64,000 nt of DNA from Torpedo marmorata (taxonomy: Eukaryota): positions 287,618,001 through 287,682,000 of the forward strand of contig OZ360220.1 in assembly GCA_977017645.1 (NCBI GenBank). Direction: 5' to 3'. Positions within the stretch are counted from its first letter, which is position 1. Each line of letters opens with the position of its first letter. Made by a program: the position numbers and the translations under genes. Under the pieces are notes generated by a model. That model worked only from the letters and a program-made list of their open reading frames with translations. It searched no databases and was not told the DNA's origin. Below are positions 24,588 to 36,300 of this stretch, piece by piece.

Positions 24588-25280
24588 ATGAGTGAACAGG
24601 CAGCAGTCAACGCGGTCGCTCTCAAGCTGCCGACCTTCTGGACGAATCAACCACGCGTGTGATTTGACCAGGCTGAGGCACAGTTCCAGATCCGGCAGAT
24701 CACAGCAGAATCTACCCGGTACTACCACGTGGTGTGTGCCCTGGATCGGGACTCAGCAGGCCGGGTGGCCAACTTCATCCAGGACCCCCCATCGGAAGGC
24801 GCGTACACCGCCTTCAAGGACTTGCAAATCGAGACCTTCGGGCTCTCACGGCGTGAGAGAGGGGAATGTCTGCTCCACCTGGACGGGCTAGGGGACAGGC
24901 CCCCGTCAGCCCTCGTGAACGAGATGCTGGCCCTCCTGGGCAAATACGAGCCCTGCATCATGTTCAAGCAGGAATTCCTGGAGCAATTGCCCGAGGACAT
25001 CCAACTGCTCCTGGCTGACGCGGATTTCAGCGACCCCTGGAAAATCGCAGCACGAGCGGATGTTCTGTGGAAACAGAAGAGAGAGTGCTCAGCCTCCGTG
25101 GGGCTCGTCACTAAACCCCACAGCCAGACCCGTGCAGAGCGGCCGATAGAACAGCAGCGCCCCAGAGGAGGTGATCCAGACGACCAGTGGTGTTTCTACC
25201 ACCAGAGATGGGGTGCCGGAGCCCGCCGGTGCAGGCCGCCATGTACATTTCAGGGAAATTCCGGGGCCAGCCGTCGCTAA
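24588..25280 (+). pseudogene. gag: Gypsy gag-like ORF with one premature stop
   Basis: MSEQAAVNAVALKLPTFWTNQPRV*FDQAEAQF continues in frame with ORF 24729-25280. C-terminal CFYH...C...C motif. Confidence 0.85.
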
Positions 25281-25298
25281 TGGCCACGACGGCTGGCC
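25253..25298 (+). promoter_or_regulatory. -1 programmed ribosomal frameshift signal (gag-pol)
   Basis: G_GGA_AAT heptamer in gag phase, 5-nt spacer, and a perfect 12-bp stem GGCCAGCCGTCG / CGACGGCTGGCC. The protease lies in the -1 frame. Confidence 0.8.
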
Positions 25299-28200
25299 AC
25301 CAAGATAGCCTCCTGTACGTTTGGGACCGCCCGTCCGAATGACGCTTCCTCGTGGACACAGGAGCAGAGGTCAGCGTCCTGCCCCCGTCGGGACAGGACA
25401 CCAGGAACAGATAGTCGCGCCCCACGCTGAGGGCTGCCAACAACAGCACGATTCAGACCTACGGTACCCGAAAGGCCCAACTGCATTTGGGAGGCAGCCC
25501 CTTCTCATGGGTATTCACGCTGGCCGCAGTGGAACAGCCGCTCCTCGGGGCAGACTTCCTGCGCACCCACAGCTTGCTAGTGGACCTCAAGGGAAGGAGA
25601 TTGGTCAACGCCAAGACTTTTCAAACCTTCCCCCTCAAAGACGCCCGGCTCCCAGCACTCCACCTGGACTCCATACAGAGATCAGACAATGAGTACGCCA
25701 GGGTCCTGGCCGAGTTCCCTGCAGTGCTTACCCCCAATTCACCATGGTGATGCCCCGACATGGAGTACAGCACCACATCCTGACCCAGGGCCCACCGCTC
25801 CACGTAAGGGCAAGACGCTTTCCTCCGGAGAAGCTCCAGCTGGTGAAGGAGGAATTCATGAAGCTGGAGGAGCTCGGCATCATACGGCGGTCGGACAGCC
25901 CATGGGCTTCTCCCCTGCACATGGTACCCAAAGCAACTGGGGACTGGAGACCATGTGGCGACTACCGTCGGCTCAACGAGGCCACAACACCGGATCGGTA
26001 CCCCGTGCCGCACATCCAGGACTTCGCGGCTAACCTGCATGGGGCAAGGATCTTCTCCAAGGTGGACCTCGTGCGGGGATATCATCAGATCCCGGTACAC
26101 TCCGAGGATATCCCGAAGACAGCCATCATCACCCTGTTCGGCCTTTTCGAATTCCTCCGAATGCCGTTCGGGCTAAAGAACACCGCACAGACCTTCCAGC
26201 GACTCATGGACGCGGTGGGCCGAGACCTGGTCGGCACCTTCGTGTACCTTGACGACATCCTGGTGGCGAGCAGGAACCAACAGGAGCATATGTTGCACCT
26301 CCGCAACATCTACACCCGACTGAACGAGTTCGGCCTGACGATCAACTCAGCCAAATGCCAGTTTGGATTGGAGGCCATCGACTTCCTGGGCCACAGGATA
26401 ACCAGGGAAGGAGCCACACCGCTACCCAGTAAAGTGGAGGCCATCCGGAAGTTCCCCAGACCCAACACGACCAAGGGACTACAGGAGTTCGTGGGGATGA
26501 TCAATTTCTATCACAGGTTCATCCCCTCAACTGCCCGGATCATGCGGCCCTTGTTCGCCCGGATGGCAGGCAAGGCGAAAGACATCACCTGGGACGAGGA
26601 GTCAGCGGAATTCTTCATGAAGGCCAAGGACGCCCTGGCGGATGCCGCTCTCCTGGCACATCCCAGGGCAGATGCTCCAACGGCCCTGACGGTGGATGCC
26701 TCAGGAACGGCGATCGGTGGAGTTCTGGAGCAGCAGATCGAAGGAAGTTGGCGGCCGCTGGCTTTCTTCATCAAACATCTGCGGCCCCCAGAACTGAAGT
26801 ACAGCGCTTTCGACATAGAGCAACTAGCGCTGTACTTAGCCATCTGCCACTTCAGGTACTTCCTAGAGGGCAGGTCTTTCACGGCTTTCACAGATCACAA
26901 GCCCCTGACTTTTGCCTTGGCTAAGATCTCGGACCCCTGGGAAGCCTGCCAGCAGCGACACCTGTCTTACATCTCGGAGTACACCACAGATGTAAGGCAC
27001 GTCTCCGGTAGGGACAACATGGTGGCCGACGCACTGTCCAGGCAAAGTATCCATGCGCTATCAAGGGGAGTGGACTTCGTGGCACTGGCGGAGGCGCAGC
27101 AGAAAGACGAGGAGATGCCCCAGTACAGGACTGACATATCGGGACTGCAGCTCCAGGACATCCCAGTCAGCACAGGTAACACCACCCTCCTGTGCGACGT
27201 GGCCACCGGTCAGGTCAGACCCATCGTCCCGGCGGCTTGGAGACGACAAGTTTTCGACTCCATCCACGGACTGGCTCACCCATCCGTCAGGACCATGGTC
27301 CGGCTGGTGGCCAGCAAATATGTGTGGCATGGATTGTGGAAACAGGTCAGCGGGTGGGCGAAGGCGTGCACGCAATGCCAAACAGCCAAGGTACAGCAGC
27401 ACACAAAGACCCCACCTCAGCACTTCGAGCCCGCAGAACGAAGGTTCGACCACATCCACGTGGACATAGTAGGACCCTTTCCGGTATCCCAGGGTTTCCG
27501 CTATCTGTTCACGATGGTCGACCGCTTCACCAGGTGGCCAGAAGCAGTCCCGCTGGCAGACACATCCACAACCTCGTGCGCCAGGGCCCTCATCTCGTCC
27601 TGGGTGGCACGGTTTGGGTTACCATCCCACATAACATCCGACAGAGGGGCCCAGTTTACCTCCAGTCTGTGGTCTGACCTCGCCAGCCTGTAGGGTGCCC
27701 AGCTGCATCACACAACAGCTTATCACCCACAGTCCAATGGATTGATGGAACGCTTCCACAGGCACCTCAAGACCGCGCTCACGACCAGACTCCAAGGTCC
27801 CATCTGGGTATACGAGCTACCATGGGCGCTGTTGGGCATCCGCACGGCACCCAAGGAGGACCTCAACACCTCTTTGGCCGAACTCGTCTACGTAGCTCCA
27901 CTGGTGGTCCCGGGAGAATTCGTACCATCCCCAGGCGGGCAGCAGGACGACTCTGCAGTGTTCCTCAGCAGGCTAAGGGAAAGAGTCGGCTACCTGGCCC
28001 CGATTTCACCTTCCAGGCATGGACAGGCGAGGACCAACATACCCAGAGACCTGCAGGACTGTGAGTATGTTTTCATTCGCACGGGTCCACATCGTCCACC
28101 GCTTCAGAGTCCATACGAGGGTCCATTCCGGGTCATCCTCAACAACGGGGCCACGTTCGAGCTGGAGGTCAGAGGCAAGATGGAGGTCTTCACCACAGAT

Positions 28201-28340
28201 AGGCTGAAGCCAGCACACCTGGACCCGATGCGCCCGGTCGAGACACCAGCACCACGCCTCAGAGGCAGGCCACTGAAGGCTGCAGAGACTTTGCCTCCGG
28301 GGCACCAAGGACCAGACCACCGGTTCTGGGTGGAGGGTCA
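25280..28340 (+). pseudogene. pol: Gypsy pol (protease, RT, RNase H, integrase)
   Basis: FLVDTGAEVS, MPFGLKN, YLDD, VDAS/TDHKPL/ADALSR, HHCC zinc finger, DIVGP/SDRG/ERFH and a GPF motif. Stops near 25340, 25411 and 27691 and a frameshift near 25740. Confidence 0.95.
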
Positions 28341-28732
28341 TGTGGCAGCCCGCCTCGGCGGCGATTAAGCCTGCGATCTGGGCAGCGAGCGCAACCAAAG
28401 GCCAGCAGACCGCGCAGCGGCACTGGCCCCAACAGGCGAACCGGCGGGTGAATGGCAAGGGCAGCTTAAAGGCCAGCGACCCCAAAATGGCGCTGGCCTT
28501 GCTGCAAAGCCAACAGACAGGAACAGCGCGCGGGGAAGAAAGTATTATTATGCAGGAAAGTACCCGCGCGCGGGAAACTCGCTTTTGTTATGCATGTTGT
28601 GACGTCAGTCAAAGGAGGCCACGGCGGGAACAGTGCAAATATAAAAGTCGGGCCTGAGTCCTAATAAAAACTCAGAGCTTAACTTGACTACACTACGTGT
28701 GTGTGTCTTCTTTAATGTAGCGCACGGCTACA
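28341..28732 (+). repeat. Gypsy 3' LTR, preceded by the polypurine tract GGGTGGAGGG (28328-28337)
   Basis: Direct repeat of the 5' LTR, ends GCTACA and is followed by the TSD. Confidence 0.95.
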
Positions 28733-30349
28733 ATAGTATAGATTTATTATGAATGGAGAGAGTTTGATAAATTGTTCTTGTTTCCTGTTGTCTTTTCTCC
28801 TAAAAGAGCATTTCACTGTCTTTATTTTATTCATATTCAGTAGGGTTGTTGTTGGCTTCTGTAACAATCCTACGTAAAGCCCACTCTCTTCGACCAAAAT
28901 GCCTTTCGCCCTTCCTCAATCATTTTTTTTTATTATTCACTTGTCAAACACTAAATTAAAAGTTACTGATAATGATATGGAGATACATTGAACCTCATGT
29001 ATTGTGAAATAAAGATAGTTTATAAATTGAATAGTAGAATTAAAGACACATTAATTGGACAGTGAGCAATGAATCAAGAAACATTTTGTTCAAGAGCAAG
29101 TAATGTACAGGTCTCAAAGCACCATTTCCTATTGAACAGCAGGCATAGTCAAAGGCTATTTCTTCATATGCTTTCTCACGAGGGTGTATTAAAGAAATGA
29201 TGTAGATCCACGTCATCCACATTTGAAGGCAAGGGTGTGGGACGTGGATCGATATGGTATGTTGGTGGCTGGGCATTGGCAAGGGGATTTGTGGTTGGTG
29301 GCTGAGTCAGTTATGGCAGGAAGACGATTGCGGGCTGAGGATTGCGGAGGGTGAAAGCGATTAAGCTGGCAGATCAGTCGTTCAAGGATGGGTTCTAATT
29401 TGTTGGGTTCATATATTCTAAACAAGGGGCCCTGGCATAATTAAATATATTCTTAAAAAGGCCCAATGTGAAGCAAATTCCCAGCATCGTGGTTTGGGAT
29501 CTGCTCAAGTAAGTCTCCTTGAGGAAGCATCGAAGCAGGTCTCGTAGTGCACTGGAGGCCTCCTGTACATGAAGAACAAGCCTGTGAGATTCAAAAAGAT
29601 GGCAGGTTGTGGACATCATGCATCCTGCAGTATGTTGTGGTTTTCATTTGTGAATGATGTTTCATTGAAATTAAATACACAAAAAACATGATGCAACATA
29701 ATCTAATTTTGAGGCAGCAGTGTTTAGTCTGTCTTTAAAGCTCCTTAAATCATTTTAAAATTGCAGAATACTAGGAGCTATTTTATAGTCTTGGTACACT
29801 AGTTTATGAGTAGAGACTGTAAATAAATGCACGACTCCTAAAGGAACATTTACACCTCGAGTTAAGCGTTAGTGCAGCAACGCTAAACTTGAAACATTAA
29901 TTCAATATGACTCTTTTAAAGGCAGAAGTGAGTGAAGGTGCCAACTCAATAAAGTTGGGAGTGGTCAGTGGAGCCCTGAGAAGTTTCTGGTTCTTGACTT
30001 TCAGGCATTCAAACATATTCTTATAAAAAGGTATTACTGTTTATTAAGGCTATTTAAATCCTACTAAAGTACAGAATAGTACCGCCCAGTGTTGTTTGCA
30101 TGTAGACATATCTTAGCAACAAAACTGCGGATTTGCTAACATTGAGAACACGAGTTCCTGGATTTAGTTTCCTCTCACTGCTTAAATTTAACACCATCTG
30201 GAATAAAAATACAATGTGGTAGAGGAACTGTTTTTCAAACTGATGAGTTTTTGATTCAAATATTTAGAGAGTGAATATTCTTCCCTCCTCTATCTCTAAA
30301 CACGTACATTTTAAAAAAATTCCAGCTGAGAACTCTGCACAATACTGCA

Positions 30350-30576
30350 CGGCACGGTTAGCGTAGCGGTTAGCGCAATGCTGTTACAGCGCCCGCAACC
30401 CGGGCTGAAGAGTTTGCACATTCTCCCCGTGTCTGTGTGGGTTTCCTCCGGTTGCTCCGGTTTCCTCCCACTCTTCTAAACGTACCGGGTTGTAGGTTAA
30501 TTGGGTGTAATTGGGCGGCACAGGCTTGAGGGCCAAAAGGGCCGGTTACCGTGCTGTATGTCTAAATTTAAGTTTA
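30350..30576 (+). mobile_element. tRNA-derived HE1/V-SINE-like SINE (B-box region deleted)
   Basis: A-box-like TAGCGTAGCGG, V-domain TTCTCCCCGTGTCTGTGTGGGTTTCCTCCGG..CTCCGGTTTCCTCCCAC, CR1-like tail and a TAAATT-type end. Confidence 0.85.
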
Positions 30577-30949
30577 CACAAATGAAGTGCTTCCTCTTGA
30601 ACAACATAGTGATAGATCCAACCCAGCAGGAGCCAAGTAAAGTAAGCACTGTGTTTCTGGCCTGAAATCTGAAGTGCATCTGTTACTTTAATACTCCTCA
30701 TATTTATTTATCTGATGAGAATGTGATGATAGTGATATAAGTTTTATAACCATATTAATTATTTTAACCTGTGAATGGAATTTACTGAATGGAATATAAC
30801 AAATTCCAATTTTCTCTAGCAATGTACAGGATGCGCTCATAAATTTACTTCACCTGCAATTTTACCAAATTTTGCACCAAAATAATCACAATTTGCACAA
30901 GGATTTTCATCCAAACTTGTTGAATAATATTACTCTTGACTTGAAAGTC

Positions 30950-31595
30950 TTTCATTTATTTTGTGACTTTTAGCTCCTCCCAGATCTTTTAACATGCAGT
31001 GAAGTACTTTTGCAGTCAATTTACATTGAGTAATCTCACACAAAGTGCAATATGAATATGACCAGAGAATTTGATTTAGGAATGTTGAGTGAGGGATAAG
31101 TATCAAGTCAAGTCACCTTTATTTGTCGTTCATTACCATATACACAGTAAGACGAGATAGCGTTTCTCCAGGACCATGGGCAGATGTACATAAATATCAT
31201 AATACAATAGAAAAACTATAACATGCTAATACACATATATATCTAGGAATTGAGGAGCCTGATGGCTTGGGGGAAAAAACTGTTGCACAGTCTGGACGTA
31301 CGAGCCCGAGTGCTTCGATACCTCCTTCCAGATGGCAAAAGGGAAAACAGTTTACCAAAGGGGTGTGAGAAGTCCTTCACAATGTTTTTAGCCTTCCTCA
31401 TGCATCGTGTGTTCCATCAGAAATAATACTAGAGATTTTGCCTGCTTTTCTCCTGAAATACATCTTGAAATATTTTATATTTGTTTCAAAGATAAAATAG
31501 TTCTTTGGTTTAACATTTCATCTGAATGATGGCATAATTTACTGAATTGCACACCATCAAAACTGCAATGAAGTGCCTGCCTAGATTTTAATGCT
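30950..31595 (-). mobile_element. Degraded SacSINE1/DeuSINE-like SINE interrupted by a Rex fragment
   Basis: 31500-31590 is the reverse-complement homologue of 12785-12860. The Deu-like body continues at 30990-31103. Confidence 0.5.
31104..31412 (-). mobile_element. Rex1/Babar 3' fragment, (GACTT)n tail family
   Basis: Minus strand encodes [49 protein letters not shown]. Confidence 0.85.
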
Positions 31596-31962
31596 TCCAT
31601 GTCTGAGTGTAAAGTCTATTTAAAAGTGATCTCCTCCAGCTTGTCAGATCAATATAACTTTGAAGAGCAGTCTGGTAAATCTACTAACTACACAAAAGAC
31701 AAATTCTGTAAGAAGGAGAATGAAACAACCATCAGAACAGCAGCAAATAGCTTTTTATTTTATTTTATGGGAATTTGGTTAAAGCTGAATTTCCCTTCTT
31801 ATGTTATTCTTATGTTATTCTTTATTACCTTTACAATATTTTAATACAATTCTAAATTTTTAAATAGTGAGAAAAATCAATTTCTAGAAAATGTTTTAAA
31901 TAAATTGTGCTATTAATTTTGCTGAATAATGTTGACATTCTTGTTGTATAAGTACTTTATAT

Positions 31963-32855
31963 TGTTATGGACCATGACTGACCATTTGGACTGCGGACGG
32001 TCAGCAGGAAAGATGAATGAAGTCTTTGGAGTACACACTGGGACCTGGTACTGAAAGAGTTAACTTGCCCAGGACTTCTTGTACTCACAGAGAGAGAGTG
32101 ACACCAGGGGGAGACAGACTGTGGAAAAAGATACTTGGTGGCACTTTTGAAAAAGGCAGGAAAAGACCTCTGCAGGAAGGCCTTGAAGTTCAGTCATGGA
32201 GGACTGAATCAGTGGCAGTTTGGAGTTGAAAAGGCTGGAGAACCCCGCAAAATCCAGGCTTGTGCATCCCAGGGGAAAAGTCTAGGAGAATAACACAGGG
32301 CCTCGTGACTCAGCAAAATCCTGAGTTGAAGACAACTTTTGTGAAGAACAGGCGTGAGATCAGCGAGACAGGCTGTGAGATCCAAGTACACGCCTCAATC
32401 CAAAACGGATTTGGAGTCGCAATCCTTGTGAATCTACCAGAAGGGAAAGTCATCAGAGAAGAAAAGCAGGCCAAGAATTCGTAAGCATAAACAGTCATTG
32501 TCTCTCTCTCCAACGTTCATTAAGAAGTCCTTCTTGCCAGCACACAGAGCTGAATTTGGACTCTGAACATAGAGAGTGAATTTTTGTGGACTGTATTTTT
32601 GGGACTGACTTGTTTTTATGACTGACCTGGGGATTTTGGGGAAGGTTTTCCATTTTTACATGAGGGTTGGGCACAGACTGTAATGGTCTGGGCTTTACAC
32701 ACACACACCTTTTAGATAAGAATAGTGTTTATAGACATTTATAGTGGGGTTAATTGTTGTGAAATTATATGTTTAATTGTCTTTAATAAATATAAATTTC
32801 AATTTTACCCCTTTTGCATTGCGTCTTCTGTCGTTGCTGGTTTGAATTTGTAACA
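31963..32855 (+). mobile_element. Solo LTR, family A
   Basis: TGTTATGG...TGTAACA, 4-bp TSD ATAT (31959-31962 and 32856-32859), and AATAAA near 32785. Confidence 0.9.
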
Positions 32856-34654
32856 ATATGAATATCTAAATGTACCTAAACTCGAGATGAAAAATATGTC
32901 TGAAAATTCTCTGACTTCTGGAGGTTTAATGCAGGGTTGCATGGTCCTCAGGCACCAATTTAAACTGATGCAGTGTAGGTGCAATGTTGGATGACAATCC
33001 TGGTGTAAAGCTGCAGATGCATTTTCCTGTGAAACAGGCAAGGAACTGATAATGAGGCATTGAGTAAGGTTCCAGAACTTCCCAGATTACATCAGATGTT
33101 TGAACACTTAAAAGGCACTTTCATGTTAGAGAAAACAAAGAAAAATAAACCAAAGAAGCTGGAGTCTCAAACAAAACATCTGTATTGCTCAGCTCTATTG
33201 TAACTGTTGAATCCATTATGTTGCTGCAGGAAAATGCAGATACAACGGCCCAGGGTTGATAGCGATCCTGGCCTTTTGCATCAGTGTCCTTCGCCTTTTT
33301 TTCCTCTATGAAAGACGTGGAGAGCAGGAGCCTTTTGGGGAGTGTGGGGAAGAAGGTAACCCAGGGCTACAATGACAATGAAGAAAAGATGACAGGACTA
33401 ACCTCCAGAATCGACTCATCCTATGCAATGGTGCAATGCAGCAATATATTCCAGTGGCCAGATATATGAATGTAATAGCCCTCAAACTTGGAAATGCTTG
33501 GATTGATGCTGCCTTCAACCCCAATACTTTGATCACTCAAGTGCAACCCCCCACGCCCCACACGCACACGCGCGCGCACACTCTTAAAATAGCACTGGTG
33601 TTACATCAGCACCACCCATGCCATATATTTCTATCAGTTAGAAGCTGTTCACCTGTAAATCTCCTCAACCTTACAGTTCCCAGCTCACCTCTGTCCAGAA
33701 AATGCACTGGGCATCATATAAGAACTAATTTTGCACCCTAAAAATGGAACTGAATTTGTTCTACTTCCCTGTTTACCTAATTAATCTAATTCAATATGCT
33801 AAATTATGATGTCAAATGCTAATCATATTCCAGAAAATACAAGCCAATGGAGATTTATTTAAAGTTTTACACAATATTCAGAAGTAACAAGGGGCACACA
33901 CAAAATCATTTTGCCAACAACCATGAATAAATGTTACTGCCCTGTTTGAAACTTACACTTTATATATAATTTTCCCAATGCATATTTAAAAGAAAATGTA
34001 TTCTATTTTATGAGCATTAAAGAATGCCATTTAAATTGATGTTTTGGGCAAATAATGTGGTAGAAGATTTTGTGCATGATAAGTTCCAGTTACACTAATG
34101 ACTATAGCTGTTTTTCAGTCACATTAGTGTTGAATTCCATAGAGTTATAAATGCATCATTAGTATTCATGGCAGCAGTGTTTACGTATGCAAATTATTTG
34201 CACATTAGCATTATTAGTATTAGGTCATAATGTAAGGACAACCACTAAGAATATACATTAAGTAGAAAAAGGATTGAGATTTTACACACAATGTACTGTA
34301 GCTGATGATCACTTGCCCTTTTTAAAGCCAAACGGTTGTACTGAACATTAATTACTTTTACTAACCTTTTGTTTTTATTTGCCTCATACTTTAACAAGTA
34401 TTTGATATGTTTTCTTGTCCATAATATTAAGGATAAACTATTCACCATTTTTATATTCAGAGCTCAGTGAGAGCTCTGAATTAAATTGTTGAATCCGCAT
34501 CAAGTAAAAAAAAAAATCTCTCAGGATACAGAATACCCTAAAATAGATAGAGAAAATAAACTAGCAAAGCTGACAGTACTTAGTAAATGTTGTTCATTTT
34601 AGATGTAACGTGCTCTTGGTTGTTGAAGAAATTAAGAGTAGATATTGTGAAGGT

Positions 34655-34955
34655 GTGAGAGTCAGAGTTTTACAGCACAAACACCAGCCTTCAGCCCTAC
34701 TTGTCCATGGCAACCAAGTTGTCTACCCATCCTGGTCCACGTCTATGTTTGGCCCTTATCCCTCAAAACACTTCCTATCCATCTATCTATTTAAATGTCT
34801 TTTAAATGTTACCATTGTATCCGCCTTGACGAAGGGCTCAGACCCAACACATTGGTTATCCTTTGCTTCCATTTGATGACGTGGGACCTGCTGAGTTTCT
34901 CCAGCACTTTTGTGTACTGCACTACAATCACAACATCTGCAGACTTTCCTGTTTG
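34655..34955. mobile_element. CR1 3' end (minus, ~34655-34822) abutted by an older Penelope pLTR/tail (plus, ~34823-34955)
   Basis: Reverse-complement CR1 3' UTR, then TTGACGAAGGGCTCAGACCC (degenerate hammerhead)...GACCTGCTGAGTTTCTCCAGCA. Confidence 0.65.
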
Positions 34956-35104
34956 ACTGGATTCAACATGAGAATATCTTTCTTATTGCATGGACAGTTA
35001 GATTTTGGAGTTTGTTGTAATGCAGGATGGAAGACGTTTGTAGCTGTGAAGAGGGAATTGGATACATGAGTAATGGATGGATTACCCAATAATGCAGCAT
35101 GTAC

Positions 35105-35965
35105 AACAGCAAAGTACCAGCTGGAAGAACTCAATGGGTCGAGCAGCATCTGTGAGGGGAAAGGGATGGTTGGTGTTTAGATCAGGATGGAGAGTGGAGA
35201 GGGAAGATAGACAATATGGAGGGGGAGGGATGAAATGAGCCAGTAGATGATGAGTGGATTGGGGAGGGGTATAGGCTGATGGCAGATGAAACCAGGCGGG
35301 GGAAAGAGCAGGAAAGCAGTGGAAACCTCAAACTGAAAGGGGGGGGGAGGGTGGGGGCAATGAGAGCCAGAACTCCTGTCAAAGAAAGGAGGAAAACTTG
35401 TTTAAAGTCAGCATACCTTGGAAGAGACTTTATATTGGAGCAGAAAATGGAGACACAAGAGACTGTCGATGCTATAATCTAGAGCAAAACAAACTGTCAG
35501 AGGAAATCAGCCAGTCGAGCAGGACTTGTTTGGGGGGGGGGGGGGGCAGGGAAAGGAATTGTTGACATTTTGGGCCAAGACCCAAGACTGACCATGGAAA
35601 GAAAGCCAGTATAACTAGAAGAGTGGGAGGGACAAGACAGGGGCCAGAAGGAGGGGTGAAGGATGACAAGCAACTGGAGCAATTTGGAGGCTGGCAAATG
35701 GTGCTGCCTCCTCACAGATCTCTCGACCCAGGTTCAATCCTGACCAACTGTGCTGTCTGTGGGATCATGTCCACTTCTTCCAGTGTTCCTGGTTCTTCCT
35801 GGATCTCAAAAGCATGCTAGATGGTAGGTAAATTGCCTACTGTAATTACCGGTCGTGTATGATGGGTGGGGATTTGTTTGAACACGCAAGAGAATATGGA
35901 TGACCAGGAAAAAGTGGATTAATACGATTTCTCTTGTATTCAGCTTAGATTTCATGGCCTCCTTC
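35105..35965. mobile_element. Cluster of old Penelope pLTR remnants (minus) and a degraded V-SINE (plus, ~35690-35965)
   Basis: GCTGGAAGAACTCAATGGGTCGAGCAGCATC and purine-rich tracts resemble the reverse pLTR. B-box-like GGTTCAATCC near 35731. Confidence 0.5.
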
Positions 35966-36126
35966 TGTGTCCGAAAGAAAATTGAAAGATGAAAAAAATT
36001 GTAGCATCATACAGTAATGAGTTGTCACAGCTGGATTGCAACATGAAAAGCAAAAACTAGAAAGACTCCTTCTGAGCAGGAGTATTTTATAATTCCACAA
36101 TTAATGTAGGGGTGTTGCTCACCAAT

Positions 36127-36257
36127 CAAGTTCAAGTTTATTATAATCGAATTGCACAAGTACAACCCGACGAAACAGCGTTCTCCGGTCCTTGGTGCAA
36201 AAACATGCAAACACACAACCAGACATAACACACATCCAGACAAACAATACATATGCA

Positions 36258-36300
<43 letters not shown>

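Larger units (their letters stand above)
24154..28732 (+). mobile_element. Full-length Ty3/Gypsy LTR retrotransposon (inactivated)
   Basis: Two ~393-bp LTRs with TG...CA ends, 4-bp TSD ATAG (24150-24153 and 28733-28736), PBS, PPT, gag, and pol in PR-RT-RH-IN order. Confidence 0.97.

Noticed and set aside
24174-28657. ORFs in the Gypsy LTRs and antisense or overlapping ORFs in pol
   Set aside because: These are expected by-products of GC-rich sequence and have no recognisable domains.
33230-33356. Possible host exon (CAG...AAG/GTAACC, open hydrophobic frame)
   Set aside because: The polypyrimidine tract is weak, I recognise no protein, and no partner exons were found.
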